Part shown: one piece after another, positions 1-12,195 of the stretch
How positions within the stretch are numbered: position 1 is the stretch's first letter
Layout: every line of letters starts with the position of its first letter
The notes under the pieces: model-generated
What the model was told of the DNA's origin: nothing
The model's database searches: none
What the model saw: only the letters and a program-made list of their open reading frames with translations
Origin: Lama glama
Lineage: Eukaryota
Assembly (NCBI GenBank): GCA_028534125.1
Contig: CM052816.1
Span: 78,370,001 to 78,434,000 of the forward strand
DNA length: 64,000 bases
Reading direction: 5' to 3'
Position numbers and translations under genes: made by a program

Positions 1-97
1 GAGGAATAAAGAACTACTTATTCTCTAATCATAATGTCTTCAAATAACAATAAATTTGGCTCTTTTAGTAACGACTGCTGCTATAAAACATACTTAC

Positions 98-288
98 TTG
101 AACTGGATGAATAAGACCTTGGTTTAGAGTCAATGCAATGACATTTAGGGCAAAGTGGCGTACACTTGATTGGGTGTGAAAAAACGCCTCAAGCACCTGT
201 TTGAGGTAAAGCTGCATGATGGAACTACTCATCCCTGAGGAAACATCACCCATTTCTTTTAAATCTTCCTGTTTTGCAACCTTCTTCC
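98..288 (-). CDS. NIPBL: NIPBL exon 40 (191 nt)
   Basis: (W)KKVAKQEDLKEMGDVSSGMSSSIMQLYLKQVLEAFFHTQSSVRHFALNVIALTLNQGLIHPVQ; AG at 290-289, donor CAA|GTAAGT. Confidence 0.96.
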
Positions 289-640
289 CTACAAAAGGAA
301 GTAAACATGTATATTAACTTTACTAAATACACCAAATTAGGCCACAACCAAAAGCACAAAATGTTATAGCTGGTTCAATGATTCTTAATTTTTGTTGTTG
401 TTATCTCTGTTAGAGACTCCTTTGAGGACCTGATGGAAACTGTAATCCCTCTCCCTTTGTCAAAATGTTAACATCAGCACATATATTACATTTTACAAAC
501 CGGAGTTTATGAAGGATTCTTATCTAACTGAACTCCTTCATCTAATAGATAAGGAAGTTCAGAGATCTAGTTTAAAAAAGAGCCACAGAGTATGCTAACT
601 GCAGCCACACAGTCAATTCTGAAAATGTGTTCTCACTTAC

Positions 641-814
641 AGTCTCGATCTGCCTGCTGCATACGTGTATCTTCTTCTTGTAGGTAGGTCTGGAGGTTTT
701 TTAACACCTGTATTTTTAAATTTACTGAGGAGTTTTTATCAGACAAAATATTATTATATAGATTTTTCACCTCTTGTTCAAACATTAGACTTGGATGCTG
801 AATAAAGGCAAATC
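641..814 (-). CDS. NIPBL: NIPBL exon 39 (174 nt)
   Basis: (G)FAFIQHPSLMFEQEVKNLYNNILSDKNSSVNLKIQVLKNLQTYLQEEDTRMQQADRD; AG/GTAAGT. Confidence 0.96.
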
Positions 815-1059
815 CTAAAAGAGAGAGAAAAAAAACCTCTTGATATATTCATATTAAAATTAAATATAACATTTAGTGAAAATGTTGATAAATTATATAT
901 AAATAGCTCCTTATTTCAAAAATTAAAACTTAAAATGACTGGAAAAATATGCTGGTGGCCTTACCTAGAGAAGTATTAGAGCAGGTACTTCTTTCCTCAT
1001 GAATTAAAAACAAGAAATTGCATTTCAAAGGGGAATTTCACACAAGAGGAAACCTTGAG

Positions 1060-1297
1060 GGAGCAGGGCCTAGTGGCTAGGGGAGTGGATTAGGAGTCAG
1101 GAGTCTTGGGTTCTATTCCTGGCTCCACCACTGACTTGTAGTGTGACCTTGGGTGAGTCACATAATCTCTCTGTGCCTCAATTCTCCATCTGTAAAATGG
1201 GGACAATAATATTTACCACCCACCTACCTCAACGGGATGTTTTCAGGATTTAAGAAGTAATGTTTGCAAACATTTTTCAGATCCCTAGCAGAAGGTC
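1060..1297 (+). mobile_element. MIR-family SINE, near full length (MIR1_Amn/MIR3-like tail)
   Basis: tRNA-like head, core gtgtgaccttgggtgagtcacataatctctctgtgcctcaattctccatctgtaaaatgggg, tail tgtttgcaaacatttttcagatccc. Confidence 0.85.
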
Positions 1298-2499
1298 CTA
1301 CCTTGGTGTTGTTAAAATATATATACATATATACAATCCATCCATTTGATGAAACAGAATAATCCTAAAACAAAGTAAAGCTAAAAATATCTTCTATTTA
1401 TTTCTCATGTCATTATAATGAAGTCACAATGCTGAATTCTATAATCACAAGTTAACAGCTACAAAATAATATTATCCACACTTATTTGTACAAAAAGTTT
1501 ATGTGAGATAAAATGAAAATCCTTGATGACAGCAAGTATTATTGATGTCAAATAACAAACTAAATTCAAAGCATAGAGTGATCATTCAACTAGCCGAAGG
1601 TCACACAGGGTAACTATGGCCCAGGCAAAATCTTTTATTAACTGGTCTAGAGGCACTATTTTCTGGATAGTGTTGCTTCTTTAAGTTAAAATTTATACTA
1701 TTTGTTCTCTGAATTAGATGTAACACTATTAGTTTTTGCCACTTTACATAACATTTGTCCAGATTGAATATTCAAAGGTACACATTTGACTTAATGGCAA
1801 TCCTGCACCAATATAACTCACTAGTAAGTAATATCTGTAATGTTTACTATCTTTGTTGTATGTAATTTCCTAAAAGGGATGAAGGAGGAATAAGATATTA
1901 AGATTTAAATTTTTTTAAAGAAGTCAGTAAACATTTAATGAGGTTTGTGTAACTTAGAATCTTCCATTACTCATTTTTATTGAAATGACTAATATCAACA
2001 ACTGTCCATGCATATTAAATTATAAACCTTGTTAATGCTATGAAAATAAAATTTCTAAATAAGTTATTAACCTTATTGAATAGCTTTACATGGATTTGAA
2101 TGAAACAAAAACAAACAAAATAAAAATCTAGAGAGAGTGCTCTTCTAATTTTTTAAAAGTGCATTCAATTCAGGTACTTTAATGCTATCCTCGTATTTCT
2201 CTCCTATTCCAGTCTCTTTCCAGATAAGCCACAAAGACCTAATTAACCTTCTGCAATGTATTTATTATATCAATGGTCCTGGAAAAATAATATAGGACAA
2301 GTATATATCCAAATTGTTCCTTTTGGGTTGATTAATTACCATGTACTTCTGTTACATAAAAATCTGTATAGACTGCCTATTGTCTTGACTAGAAGAGGCA
2401 GCTGTAATGACAAAGCTTTACAAAGAAAAAAATTTTAAAAATGTACAACAGCACAAAATTCTTCTTTATCATCTTTCTTTATTAAATTGCTTTAATCAA

Positions 2500-2665
2500 T
2501 GTTTTTATGAAACCCTATGAAGTAGAAGCAGAAGAAAGTATTATCAACTCTATCTTACTAATGAGGAAAATGATGAAAAGAGAAGTTACATGACTTGCTC
2601 AAAGTCACTCAGGAAGTCACTGGCTAAGCCAAGAATGGAGCCAGGTGTTTTAACCTCTAGTCTTA
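2500..2665 (-). mobile_element. MIR SINE fragment
   Basis: reverse core atgaggaaaa...gaagttacatgacttgctcaaagtcac. Confidence 0.75.
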
Positions 2666-2787
2666 TATTCTATATAGAGAGAACAGAAACGTACTTAAAT
2701 TAACCAACAGTTTAGACTCACAAAATTTAAAAACTTGCTCAACCTCTTATTAACTAAAAACTATGAAGAAATTTAAACTTAACCTAC

Positions 2788-2878
2788 CTAGACCAATGAT
2801 GGCTTTCGTTTGTACTTCTTCATCTGAATGCTTTGTAAAATACATCAATAATTCAAGTACTTTATCCTTTATGTTAAC
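2788..2878 (-). CDS. NIPBL: NIPBL exon 38 (91 nt)
   Basis: VNIKDKVLELLMYFTKHSDEEVQTKAIIGL; AG/GTAGGT. Confidence 0.96.
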
Positions 2879-3332
2879 CTGAGGGGGAAAAAACACATCA
2901 AAGTATATAAAGAAGAGCAACTTAGATTAGTTTTCAACTATAAAGGAAAAAAAAAAACACCTAAAAGCTAACAATGAAAATTTCCACATATGAACTTTAC
3001 TAAAGAATAAATCATCAATACATTTATAAATCCCTAAGTTTCAGAACAATGGAATTCATTGAGAAAGTTAAAAAACAAAGTCAGCTGCTATATAAACAGT
3101 GTGCCTATTATTACAAAGCTGGTAAAACCTGTAAACGTATCTTGGTACGGACCAGTAACAGTTCATGGATCAGAAACCAGGGTGAGGACCACGTTCTGAG
3201 CAGCACTGCTTCAGAGTTAAATCAGACTACTCTAACGCCTTCATCCTGGGTTATGACAGTCACTTTCAATTCACTGGGTCACACAGTCCTATGTTTTTCA
3301 GCATACTAAATAATTAATATTAGGATCTTTAC

Positions 3333-3487
3333 CTTACTGTTGCCTTTAAAATCTTCCAGATCAAAATCAAAATGCCGACATAGTGCTCCAACAGTGAAAA
3401 GAGATCTAAGAAGCGCTGGTTTGTTTGTTAGAAGTGAAGTGTTATTTGGGTCCTCTTGGTGCTGACTTTTTAATTTCGAAATGGCAC
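3333..3487 (-). CDS. NIPBL: NIPBL exon 37 (155 nt)
   Basis: (G)AISKLKSQHQEDPNNTSLLTNKPALLRSLFTVGALCRHFDFDLEDFKGNSK; AG/GTAAAG. Confidence 0.96.
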
Positions 3488-3914
3488 CTAACAAAATAAC
3501 ATTTATTTATAATAAACCCTCTGTTCTTAAATTATGTTCAAAGAATTACTGCTTATGAATTGAAATTAAATTTTACTAATAGTTCTAAGTATTAAATGTC
3601 TAGAATTATAAGGGCATTCCATAGGGCCTAAGAGAATTAATCAAAGAAAAAAAGGATATTTAAATTTTATTTTTACACAGTAGGCAAAAACCTTACCAAA
3701 TTTACTTATGAGCAGATAAATTCCTGAAGTAATCGTATTGGTTTAAGAGAATACTAAAGATACTAGAAAGTATTGTTTCTGAGAGAGAACCACCTCTTAC
3801 AATCACACGTCTTTTAATTCCCTTGATGCTACCCTTTACCAGATGTTTTAAAAAGGAGCTAGACACACTGCAGGATCTAGCAGAATAATTTTAAAGCCCA
3901 GGCACTGAACTTAC

Positions 3915-4008
3915 CATAGTATCTATTGAAGCAGGCCCACACAAATTTAAAATTTTGTGTCACTTTATTTACAACTGCCCCAAGACAGCTTACACAATGT
4001 TGTACTAC
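3915..4008 (-). CDS. NIPBL: NIPBL exon 36 (94 nt)
   Basis: VVQHCVSCLGAVVNKVTQNFKFVWACFNRYY; AG/GTAAGT. Confidence 0.96.
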
Positions 4009-4132
4009 CTAAAAAGAGAGAAAAAATGTTACTGTTTAGACAAAAGTTAAAGAGAACGGTTAAAAACATATGGCAAAGTTATCATTCGTGACACATACTA
4101 ATCAACACAGAGATGGTAAACTGAATGCTTAC

Positions 4133-4273
4133 AGTCATGCCGTATTTGATGATAAGCTTCATTAGATCTTCTTCAATAGTTGCAAGGAAAGTTTCACTTG
4201 GATGCTCCATCAGTGGTACAACCAACTCTAGGATTTTTGCAACATTACAGATAACCATGAAATCATTTTGTGT
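4133..4273 (-). CDS. NIPBL: NIPBL exon 35 (141 nt)
   Basis: TQNDFMVICNVAKILELVVPLMEHPSETFLATIEEDLMKLIIKYGMT; AG/GTAAGC. Confidence 0.96.
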
Positions 4274-4647
4274 CTGTAAGAATAAAATTAGTGCTTTATG
4301 AATATCAGAATCTGAAAAGAAACTATATACATCTTTATGCTTTGGGGTGTTTTAGTATTATAAAGTTTCAGTTAAAAAAAAAAAAGCTCAACATTATTAG
4401 AAAAGAGCTTTTATAAAGCACGAAATGAAGAACACCAGACAGTGATAGGAAGTTGGATTCTAGCTCTGCCACTAACTTACCATGCGATCTTTGGGTCACT
4501 TAATTACAATGCTACAGTTACTCTTTTTTTCCCTAAAATGCACCACAAGTCAATTCTGAAAAATGGTGTTTAAATATTAAGAGAGTACTTCGCCAAGACA
4601 GGTACAGTTTTTAAGATTACTATTTTTCAAACTAGGGTATGTTTACC

Positions 4648-4863
4648 CAATAGTTCTCAATTAGGGTGACTTTGTCTCCCAAAGGATATTTGGCAAAATA
4701 TGCAGGCATTTCTGGTTGCTAAAACAGGGATGTGAGGGATACTACTAGCATCCAGTGAATAGAGACCAAGGATGTGGCCAAACATCCTACAATGCACAGA
4801 ACAGTTCTTGACAACAAAGAATGAGGCCCTTAATATCAACAGTGCTGAGGATGAGAAGTCCTG
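4648..4863 (+). mobile_element. MER20-like hAT-Charlie DNA element
   Basis: caatagttctcaa...agagaccaaggatgtggccaaacatcctacaatgcacag...gtgctgaggatgagaagtcctg. Confidence 0.85.
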
Positions 4864-5539
4864 TGTAAACCCTTCTAATGACAGATGAAAATGTACAATT
4901 CCAGAACTATGTGTAAGGCTTATTTTAAAATTTAAAATATTATATGAAAATGTTCTTATCTTAAAGGTTTTAAAACTTTGATTAAAAAACTAAGCAGTTT
5001 TTAAAAAAACAGAGTATTAAAAAAATCAAAAGGTATTAAGGATTTATAATAAAAAGTCTTTCCTACCTCTGTCCTTCAATCACCCAGTTCCTCTGCCCGT
5101 AAGTAACCAAAATTATTAATTTTTTTGGTGGACTAAGGCTTTCAACAAATGTTTTTAGCTAGCTAAGTTATCATTCCTTATTCTTAGCAACAGGTTATTG
5201 AAACTCATTTTGAATTCTTTGAGCTTATTGTTCCATTGGTTAAAACTTTCACACCTTCATTCATCCTTTCAGCATATCCAAAGGATCAAATAAAAAAATA
5301 GGCAAGTGAATAGTTTTTTCCAAGTAACACAGAAATCCTGTTGTTCCCTGCCATCTCCCACTCCCACCTCCTTTAGGCAACAGGGAATGACAGTGCGTCT
5401 AGGGATAAATTAGTTTTTGTCAAAGTAAAATAAATTCACTTGAGAATCATTGCTACTATTTTACTTTAAAAAAAAAAGTAAAATTTTTTGAAACTACTCA
5501 ACATTACTGGCTTGAAAAATCAAGTAAAAGAAGTATCTT

Positions 5540-6530
5540 CAAATCTAGAAGAAAAATCTAAATAAAGATGGAAATCATGAAGGAAAAGAGACACAGAATA
5601 GAATATTTGAAATGAATATACATAAGATAGTTCAGTATCTAAAACATTTAAAGAGTATTCAAAAAATAGGAAAAAAATTCACAATTCAAAACTAAAATGG
5701 GTAAATGATATGAACAGACAAATTACAGAAAATCAAGTCGAACTGGTCAACATCATAAAAAAGATGCCAACCCTTCCTGGAAATCAGGGAACGGAAACTG
5801 AAGCAACAATGAACTATTCCTTTACACCTGTTAGCCTGACAAAGAGTACAAAATACACAGATAGTCATGTACTGGTTTCCAAAGAGGCTATGAAACATGT
5901 CCACCAGCAATCTGGCAAGATCTATTTAAAAACAAAATCAAAACTAAAAAAAAATTCCCTCAATCTGGCAAGTCAATTCCTCAGACTCTACCCTAAAAGG
6001 GAAAAAAAAAAAAAAAAAGCACCAGTATTTAAAGGTATATGAATAGAAATGATTATTAAGGAATTGCTTGTAGTGGCTATCAGTAGGAAATAATGTAAAT
6101 ACCTGTCCAAATGGGAAACGGTTAAATAAATCATAGGACACCCATATGGATAATATGTAGCCATTCAAAAGGATTAGACATGTATGTATTATCAGATGAT
6201 TTGAGATTAGTAAAAATGCCTAACAGATATGTATATAACAAGACCTGATTTTTAAAAAACCTGGTCAACCGTGTGTGGGCACGTGCATGTGCAAATGTGT
6301 GTGTGTATGTACACGCGATTATAGAACCTGGATAAAGTATGCAAGGATATTCCAGATTGCTTATCCTGAGATGAGGAGGAACACAAATGGGGGTAGAAGA
6401 CAAAAAATTTTTAAAAATCTAAAAAGGTGTCTATCATACACGAGATGGTCTTATTTATATACAACCTTATATTAGTGTATACGTAAAAATGTTTATATGC
6501 ATAAAAATTATACAAAATGTTTTCAAAGTA
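5540..6530 (+). mobile_element. Old L1 (L1ME-like) ORF2 end and 3' region, degraded
   Basis: aaatgggtaaatgatatgaacagacaaattacagaaa and other degenerate ORF2 3' motifs; boundaries approximate. Confidence 0.7.
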
Positions 6531-6574
6531 ACCTTGCTTTCAAAAAATATTGACTGAAATGAGGACTATTTATA

Positions 6575-6805
6575 CAAGTTCCATTAGAGTCCAGATTCTA
6601 GAGGCAAACACATGTGGAAATGAATTCTAGCTTTGGGACTGGTAAACTGTGTGAAACTATGCAAGATACTGATATTCTCTAAGCTTTCATTTCGTTACCT
6701 GTAAAACTGAGACATTAATAACGGTATCTACTTCACAATGTGAGACAATGCATGTAAAATTCTTCATAGTGCTTGGCACTGTGCTCTATAAATATTAGCT
6801 ATTAT
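6575..6805 (+). mobile_element. MIR SINE
   Basis: ctctaagctttcatttcgttacctgtaaaactg...gtgcttggcac...taaatattagctattat. Confidence 0.75.
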
Positions 6806-7727
6806 CAGCCACAGATTACATATTAATTTATTTCTGGATCTAACATAAGCCCTAAAGATAGAATTATATGTTGTTTCAAATGTAATATATATTGTTTTTG
6901 ATGTACTTATCTTCTGGTACATTTTTCAGTTCTTAAAATTTCTCAGGACATTCTGAGGTTTTTACTTAGAATTTGTTAATTTAGATCACCAAAAACCTGA
7001 CCATAGCAGCAAAACAAATTTAGTAAACAGTTAAAATTAGATCCTTAGGAATACAAGTAAAAAACTATTTACATTTTTAAGTTTTTAGAGTATTTTAAAA
7101 TTTAGTGTTGTAAAAAGCAAGTTAACTCACCACATTGTCATAATTTTTATATCTTTGTAATAAGCTACTTAACTCACCATAATATCATAAATTGCTGGGT
7201 TATTTTATTCAAGCAATGTTTAATCTTCATATTTGACTTTGGGAAAATACAATATGGGTAATATTAATGTAAAATAACAGCCTAACATTGCTGATGATCC
7301 TAGATTTTCCATATTCAATATGTTGATATGTTATTAAAAAATAAATGAAATATATTACGAACAAATGAAAAGCAAAATCAGAATCCAAAAGACAGTAAAT
7401 TTCTCAGTGACAGGAACTCTGACTCATTCACCTTTGAGGTCTTAACAATAGTTACAATATTTATTAAGCATTACCAAGGGTTTGGCTTGAGAAGCTTACA
7501 GAAAAATGGAGCCTGAACTTTATTTATAATACATCAGAAAAATGTTGTTTGTAGATAACTTGCCACAAATATTAAAACATATATTTGAGTACATGACCCA
7601 GTTATCTGTCAGTGAAAATGACTGTCATCTGTCAGTGAAAATGAAGATGACACAATGTGAATTCTAAATTTAAAATATTTATGCATGATTTATGTAAGAA
7701 AGAAAAATAGGATTGTTCTATACTTAC

Positions 7728-7864
7728 ACTACATTTAGTGGTAAGATATGGTTGCATAGTCATGGCATGTTTAACCATAAGCTGGGGTCTTATTTTGCTG
7801 AATAAGAACAAAGTGGTTATGCAAGCTACCAATCTTCCAGAATTCACACCTTTATTGTCAGAGT
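7728..7864 (-). CDS. NIPBL: NIPBL exon 34 (137 nt)
   Basis: (D)SDNKGVNSGRLVACITTLFLFSKIRPQLMVKHAMTMQPYLTTKCS; AG/GTAAGT. Confidence 0.96.
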
Positions 7865-9323
7865 CTGGAAAAACAAACAGAGAAATAAGACACTAAAATA
7901 CGACAAGGCAGTGAAAATTATACAGAATGTTATATAAATTATTCAATACTATCTCCTGAATAGATTCAGTACATGCCTCAATATAACAGATAAGCATTTC
8001 TTATGAAACTAGACTTCCTGTATTCCATTTTTCCTTTGTTATATAAATCACATATATTAAGGATAAAGGACAAAGAGGCTGCACTATGGAAGGCAAATTT
8101 TATACTCAGGGGAGTAGGGCTAAAATTAAAAAGTAGAATTTTTAGAGATGGGCTTTTGGAAATAAACATGTGTCGGTTATAACTAAAAATAGGTGGAAAT
8201 GAGTATAGGAAAGATTCAGCTGAGGTGATACTGTGTTCAAGGGGACCAGGAAAAAAGAGACGCTGCTGTGGAAGAAGAATGTGAAAAGATGGGAGTGACA
8301 AATTAAGAAGTTGGACAAGTGCTACATTAGAAAGGTAAACAAAATGCTGTTCAGGTGAGAGGAAACTTGCTAGTTAGGATATAAAATGGTTCTTAGAGGG
8401 TTTTAGAGAAGGTTAGAAACTTTTTAACATTAAGTGACAACAGTATCACCCTTAAATCTAGGAATAGGGGAAAAGGGGGAAGTGGAACAGGAGATAAAAA
8501 GAAAAAGAGGAAACATGGAAAATAAAACAAATAAACAAAAAAAAACTGCATAAAAATATAAAGGATATCAACAATTTTCTTTAGTGCCATAAATGGTAAC
8601 TCTGTAAGATGCAACTGGCTCTCAATTCTGAAAACTGATCAGGACTGACTATCGTTCCTCATTAGTGTACATTACGAGATAGGAAGTAATGTTAGTCTTG
8701 TGTGCTTTTAAGCAAAAGGTAACAATTATAACTTTTATAGTTTTATATAATTATTTATATTTTGATTAGTAACTTCAGCTTTATGACTGGTAAACAGTGT
8801 GACAGATAATATAAAATATTAAATATTTAAGGAATTTGTCAATTTAAAAAATATTAATAACTTTCTAGGTCAAGATTAAGCACATTTTATATAATAATTA
8901 TAAATGATATTGGGAATGTACTATAAATCCTTTAAAAACATTTTTATAATAATGAAAACAATTTTATTTTGAGAGAAAATTTTACCTGATTTGAAAGATA
9001 TTGAACCATTTTTAGATGGGTGCATTTAGCTAAATACATATTAGTCCCTGGACTTTTATTCCTCTTCATTATGACACCTAAAATCATACACTATTGAAAG
9101 ATATGTGGAAGAGATGAGACCTATGCTTTTTTATACTGCTCTAAATAATATTAGTCAACCTTAACAATATAACCTAGGATTCAACATCAAACAAAAAACA
9201 GGTATCATTTAAAAGTGAAATAATTATGCTAAGCAGAGCTAGAGGCAAAATGAGAAATGTGCCCAAAGTATTTTAAAATATCTTATAAAATCAACTTAAT
9301 GACCAGTATATAAAATGTCTTAC

Positions 9324-9432
9324 CAGCTAGAGATTCCTCATATTTAAGAATGTGCTCAACTAGGTTATCAACAAGTTGAGTACAAGCTTTCTTCACAGGT
9401 TTATATGAGGAATCCTCTTCGGACTTCAACAA
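9324..9432 (-). CDS. NIPBL: NIPBL exon 33 (109 nt)
   Basis: LLKSEEDSSYKPVKKACTQLVDNLVEHILKYEESLA; AG/GTAAGA. Confidence 0.96.
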
Positions 9433-10139
9433 CTATACATGTGTATATATAAAAACAAAAATCCGAGTATAATTATTCATTAGACAATAATAATATAAAT
9501 GCATTAGATGTGTCCATAAGTAATAAGCTTTTCAATCTGTCATTAACAATTTAATATTGAATAAGCAAATTAACAAATACAGAACAAATATTTTAAAATA
9601 TCTTATAAACCAATCATTTATAAATACTTTCAAATAATTCTAGTATGAAGTATTTAAGTTGCTAGGTGTAGAATCTAAGGTAGAATATGAGAGAAATAAG
9701 AACAGTGACCTTTCCTTAAGAGTACCACTCAATACTAGTTGAATGACTTTAAAGAATAAACTGTATTCTATTCCTCATTATTTCCATTTCTTTAATGTCT
9801 CAAAAAAGTATATTATGGGTTAATTACAATTTAAAAATAATTGAACTGTATTTTAAACTATATATCTGAACTGTGTTTTAAAATCTGCAATTATAAAACA
9901 TAAGGCTAGATTTCTTCTCTGTTACCCTTTACCAAATTTTTTTAAACAACATTAGAAAAGCGTTATGAATAATGACGTAAGGAAGAGAGACTACAGCCAA
10001 AAAATAAAAATCCAATCTTTCATAATCATAGGTCAATGACAAACTCATCTAAGGTACATCTATTTTGTTAATAAAGATTAGCTAATACAATTCTGGGGAT
10101 ATTAAGAAACTTAAAATGTGTAATTTCTGTGAAGAGTTT

Positions 10140-10330
10140 CAGTGCTGTTCAATGAACTTCCTGTAATGATGGATATGTCCTATATCTGTGCTAATACTGT
10201 TGCCACAAGACACCTGCAGCTATTAAAACACCTGATATGTGGCTAGTATGACTGAGGAACTAAAATTAAAAATAAAAACTCAAATTACTTTAAATGAAAA
10301 AACATATGTGGCTAATATGGGGCAGCACAT
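10140..10330 (+). mobile_element. MER3-like hAT-Charlie element
   Basis: agtgctgttcaatgaacttcctgtaatgatgga...atgtggctagtatgactgaggaact...cagcac. Confidence 0.8.
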
Positions 10331-10849
10331 GTTTAAACCTTCACAAGATGCATGGATGATTAAAACTGGAAGCAATTAGAATAACCTATCACACACATTT
10401 CCCCCCACAATTAACTTAAATCAAAGCAAGGTAACTTCAATTTACCCAGTTTCAGCTGTGAACAGCAAATTCTCCTTGTCCTGTATAACTCACTTCCTTA
10501 AGTAGCTATAAAAATCGTATGCTAGCCTGGTCTTTCTCAGGCAGGAGTAGAAAATAACCCCTCATCCCTGTTTTTTCTTTTTCCTCTTCAAGACAACAAG
10601 AATATGCAAAAGTGTTAAACATAAATTTTCCTTCATGACACATCACCAAGCCTGGTATGAGACCTTTTAATTTATTTATTTTTAAGTATAATGATGCACT
10701 ATGAACCCGACTCAAGAACATTTCCAATAACTTATGTTTCCCAATGTGCTCCTTTATTCTATCTTCCTGTTTCACTTTCAAGATACCACTTTTCAGGAAT
10801 TTTACCATTTCTTTGCTTGAAAAATTGTCTAAGCTATATACTGTTTAAT

Positions 10850-12180
10850 TTTACTGGATTTTCAACTTTCTCCTGGGATTTGCCTTTTTCACTCAATACG
10901 TCACTAACTATAACTGAGGTTACTGCACAGAACTGTATTTTATTCATTTTCACTGCTATACAACAGGCCAATGTGTCTATACTGCAATTCATTTATCTAC
11001 TCTTCCGAAGACAGGTTAATTATAATTTTAGTGGCATAATCTTTCATGTCTCCTGGTGCACATATGCAAGATTCACCTGGGTGTATATAACTTGGAGGGG
11101 AACTGCTAAGTCGTAAGATATAATGTTCAACTTAATGAAATAATGCTAAATTTAAAAAATTTTGTTGCATTATTTTCTCAGTACCAGTATTTAAGAGATA
11201 CTACTTCATCCATCCATCTTTTCTCTTTCGCTATCAGCCGACTTCTCAAGTTTTGCCAATCAAATGGGTATAAAATGTGGTCTTGATTTTGTTATTTCCC
11301 AGTATTACTAATGAAGCTGAATGTCTTTTATGCCATATTTGCTATATCCTCTATGAAATGCCTATTCATAACTTTCTCCTATTTTTCCCACGGGGACTCT
11401 TGTCTTATATTGGTTTGTAAGAGATGAGTTCTTTATGTATTTTTCAGCTATATGTGTGTCAACTATCTTTCGCAGTTTGTGACTTGTGTTTTCCTGATTC
11501 ATAAATGTTCTTCATTTTAACGCAGTGAAATTTATCAGTCTTCTCAGGTTAATGGTTTTTGTGACTTAAGAAATCCTTTCTTAAGAAAGGTCAAAATATA
11601 TTCACACATATTTTCTTCTAAAAGTTTTTAAAGATTTCCTTTAATCTATATGGAGTTAATAGCTGAGTTTAAGAATTAAAAAAAAAATCCTTATGGATAG
11701 CCAATTGTTCCAGACCCATATAGTGAAAGGTACATGCTTTTCTCATTACCTGTGTTGCCACTTCTGTTTTATAGTAAGTATATCCTATACATGTAGAGGC
11801 TTATTTCTGGGCTCTCTATCCTGTTCCACTGGTCTGTTTAGTACCATACTATCTTAATTACTGCATCTTTAAAAATAAATTCTGGTATTTTGTTAAGGTA
11901 AGTCAGTGCTCCTGCATTTTCAAAAGTGACAGTTATTTTTAGCTCTTGGCTTTTCCAGATACAATCACCTTGACATGTTTAATAACTATTTCTTGCTTTT
12001 GATTTTGATGAGATCTCTTTTAACATCTTCCCATTTTACATGTATTTCACTTTAGGTTTTATAGTTTATTCTCTGTCAGATTTTATTCCTAGTTTACTAG
12101 AAGTTATTATTTAAGGGTATTAAATTTTATCAAAGTTTTCTCCTGTGTCCTTTGAAATGATTACTTATTTTAAAAAATTC
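10850..12180 (-). mobile_element. Old L1 (L1M/L1ME) ORF2 3' part, degraded
   Basis: reverse-strand L1 motifs such as ggatagccaattgttccag and ttatttctgggctctctatcctgttccactggtc; boundaries approximate. Confidence 0.7.
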
Positions 12181-12195
12181 TATCCATCTTATTTT

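Noticed and set aside
10691..11116. Longest ORF in the track (141 aa, plus strand)
   Set aside because: F/L/I/S-rich translation of AT-rich sequence partly antisense to an old L1; no recognisable domain
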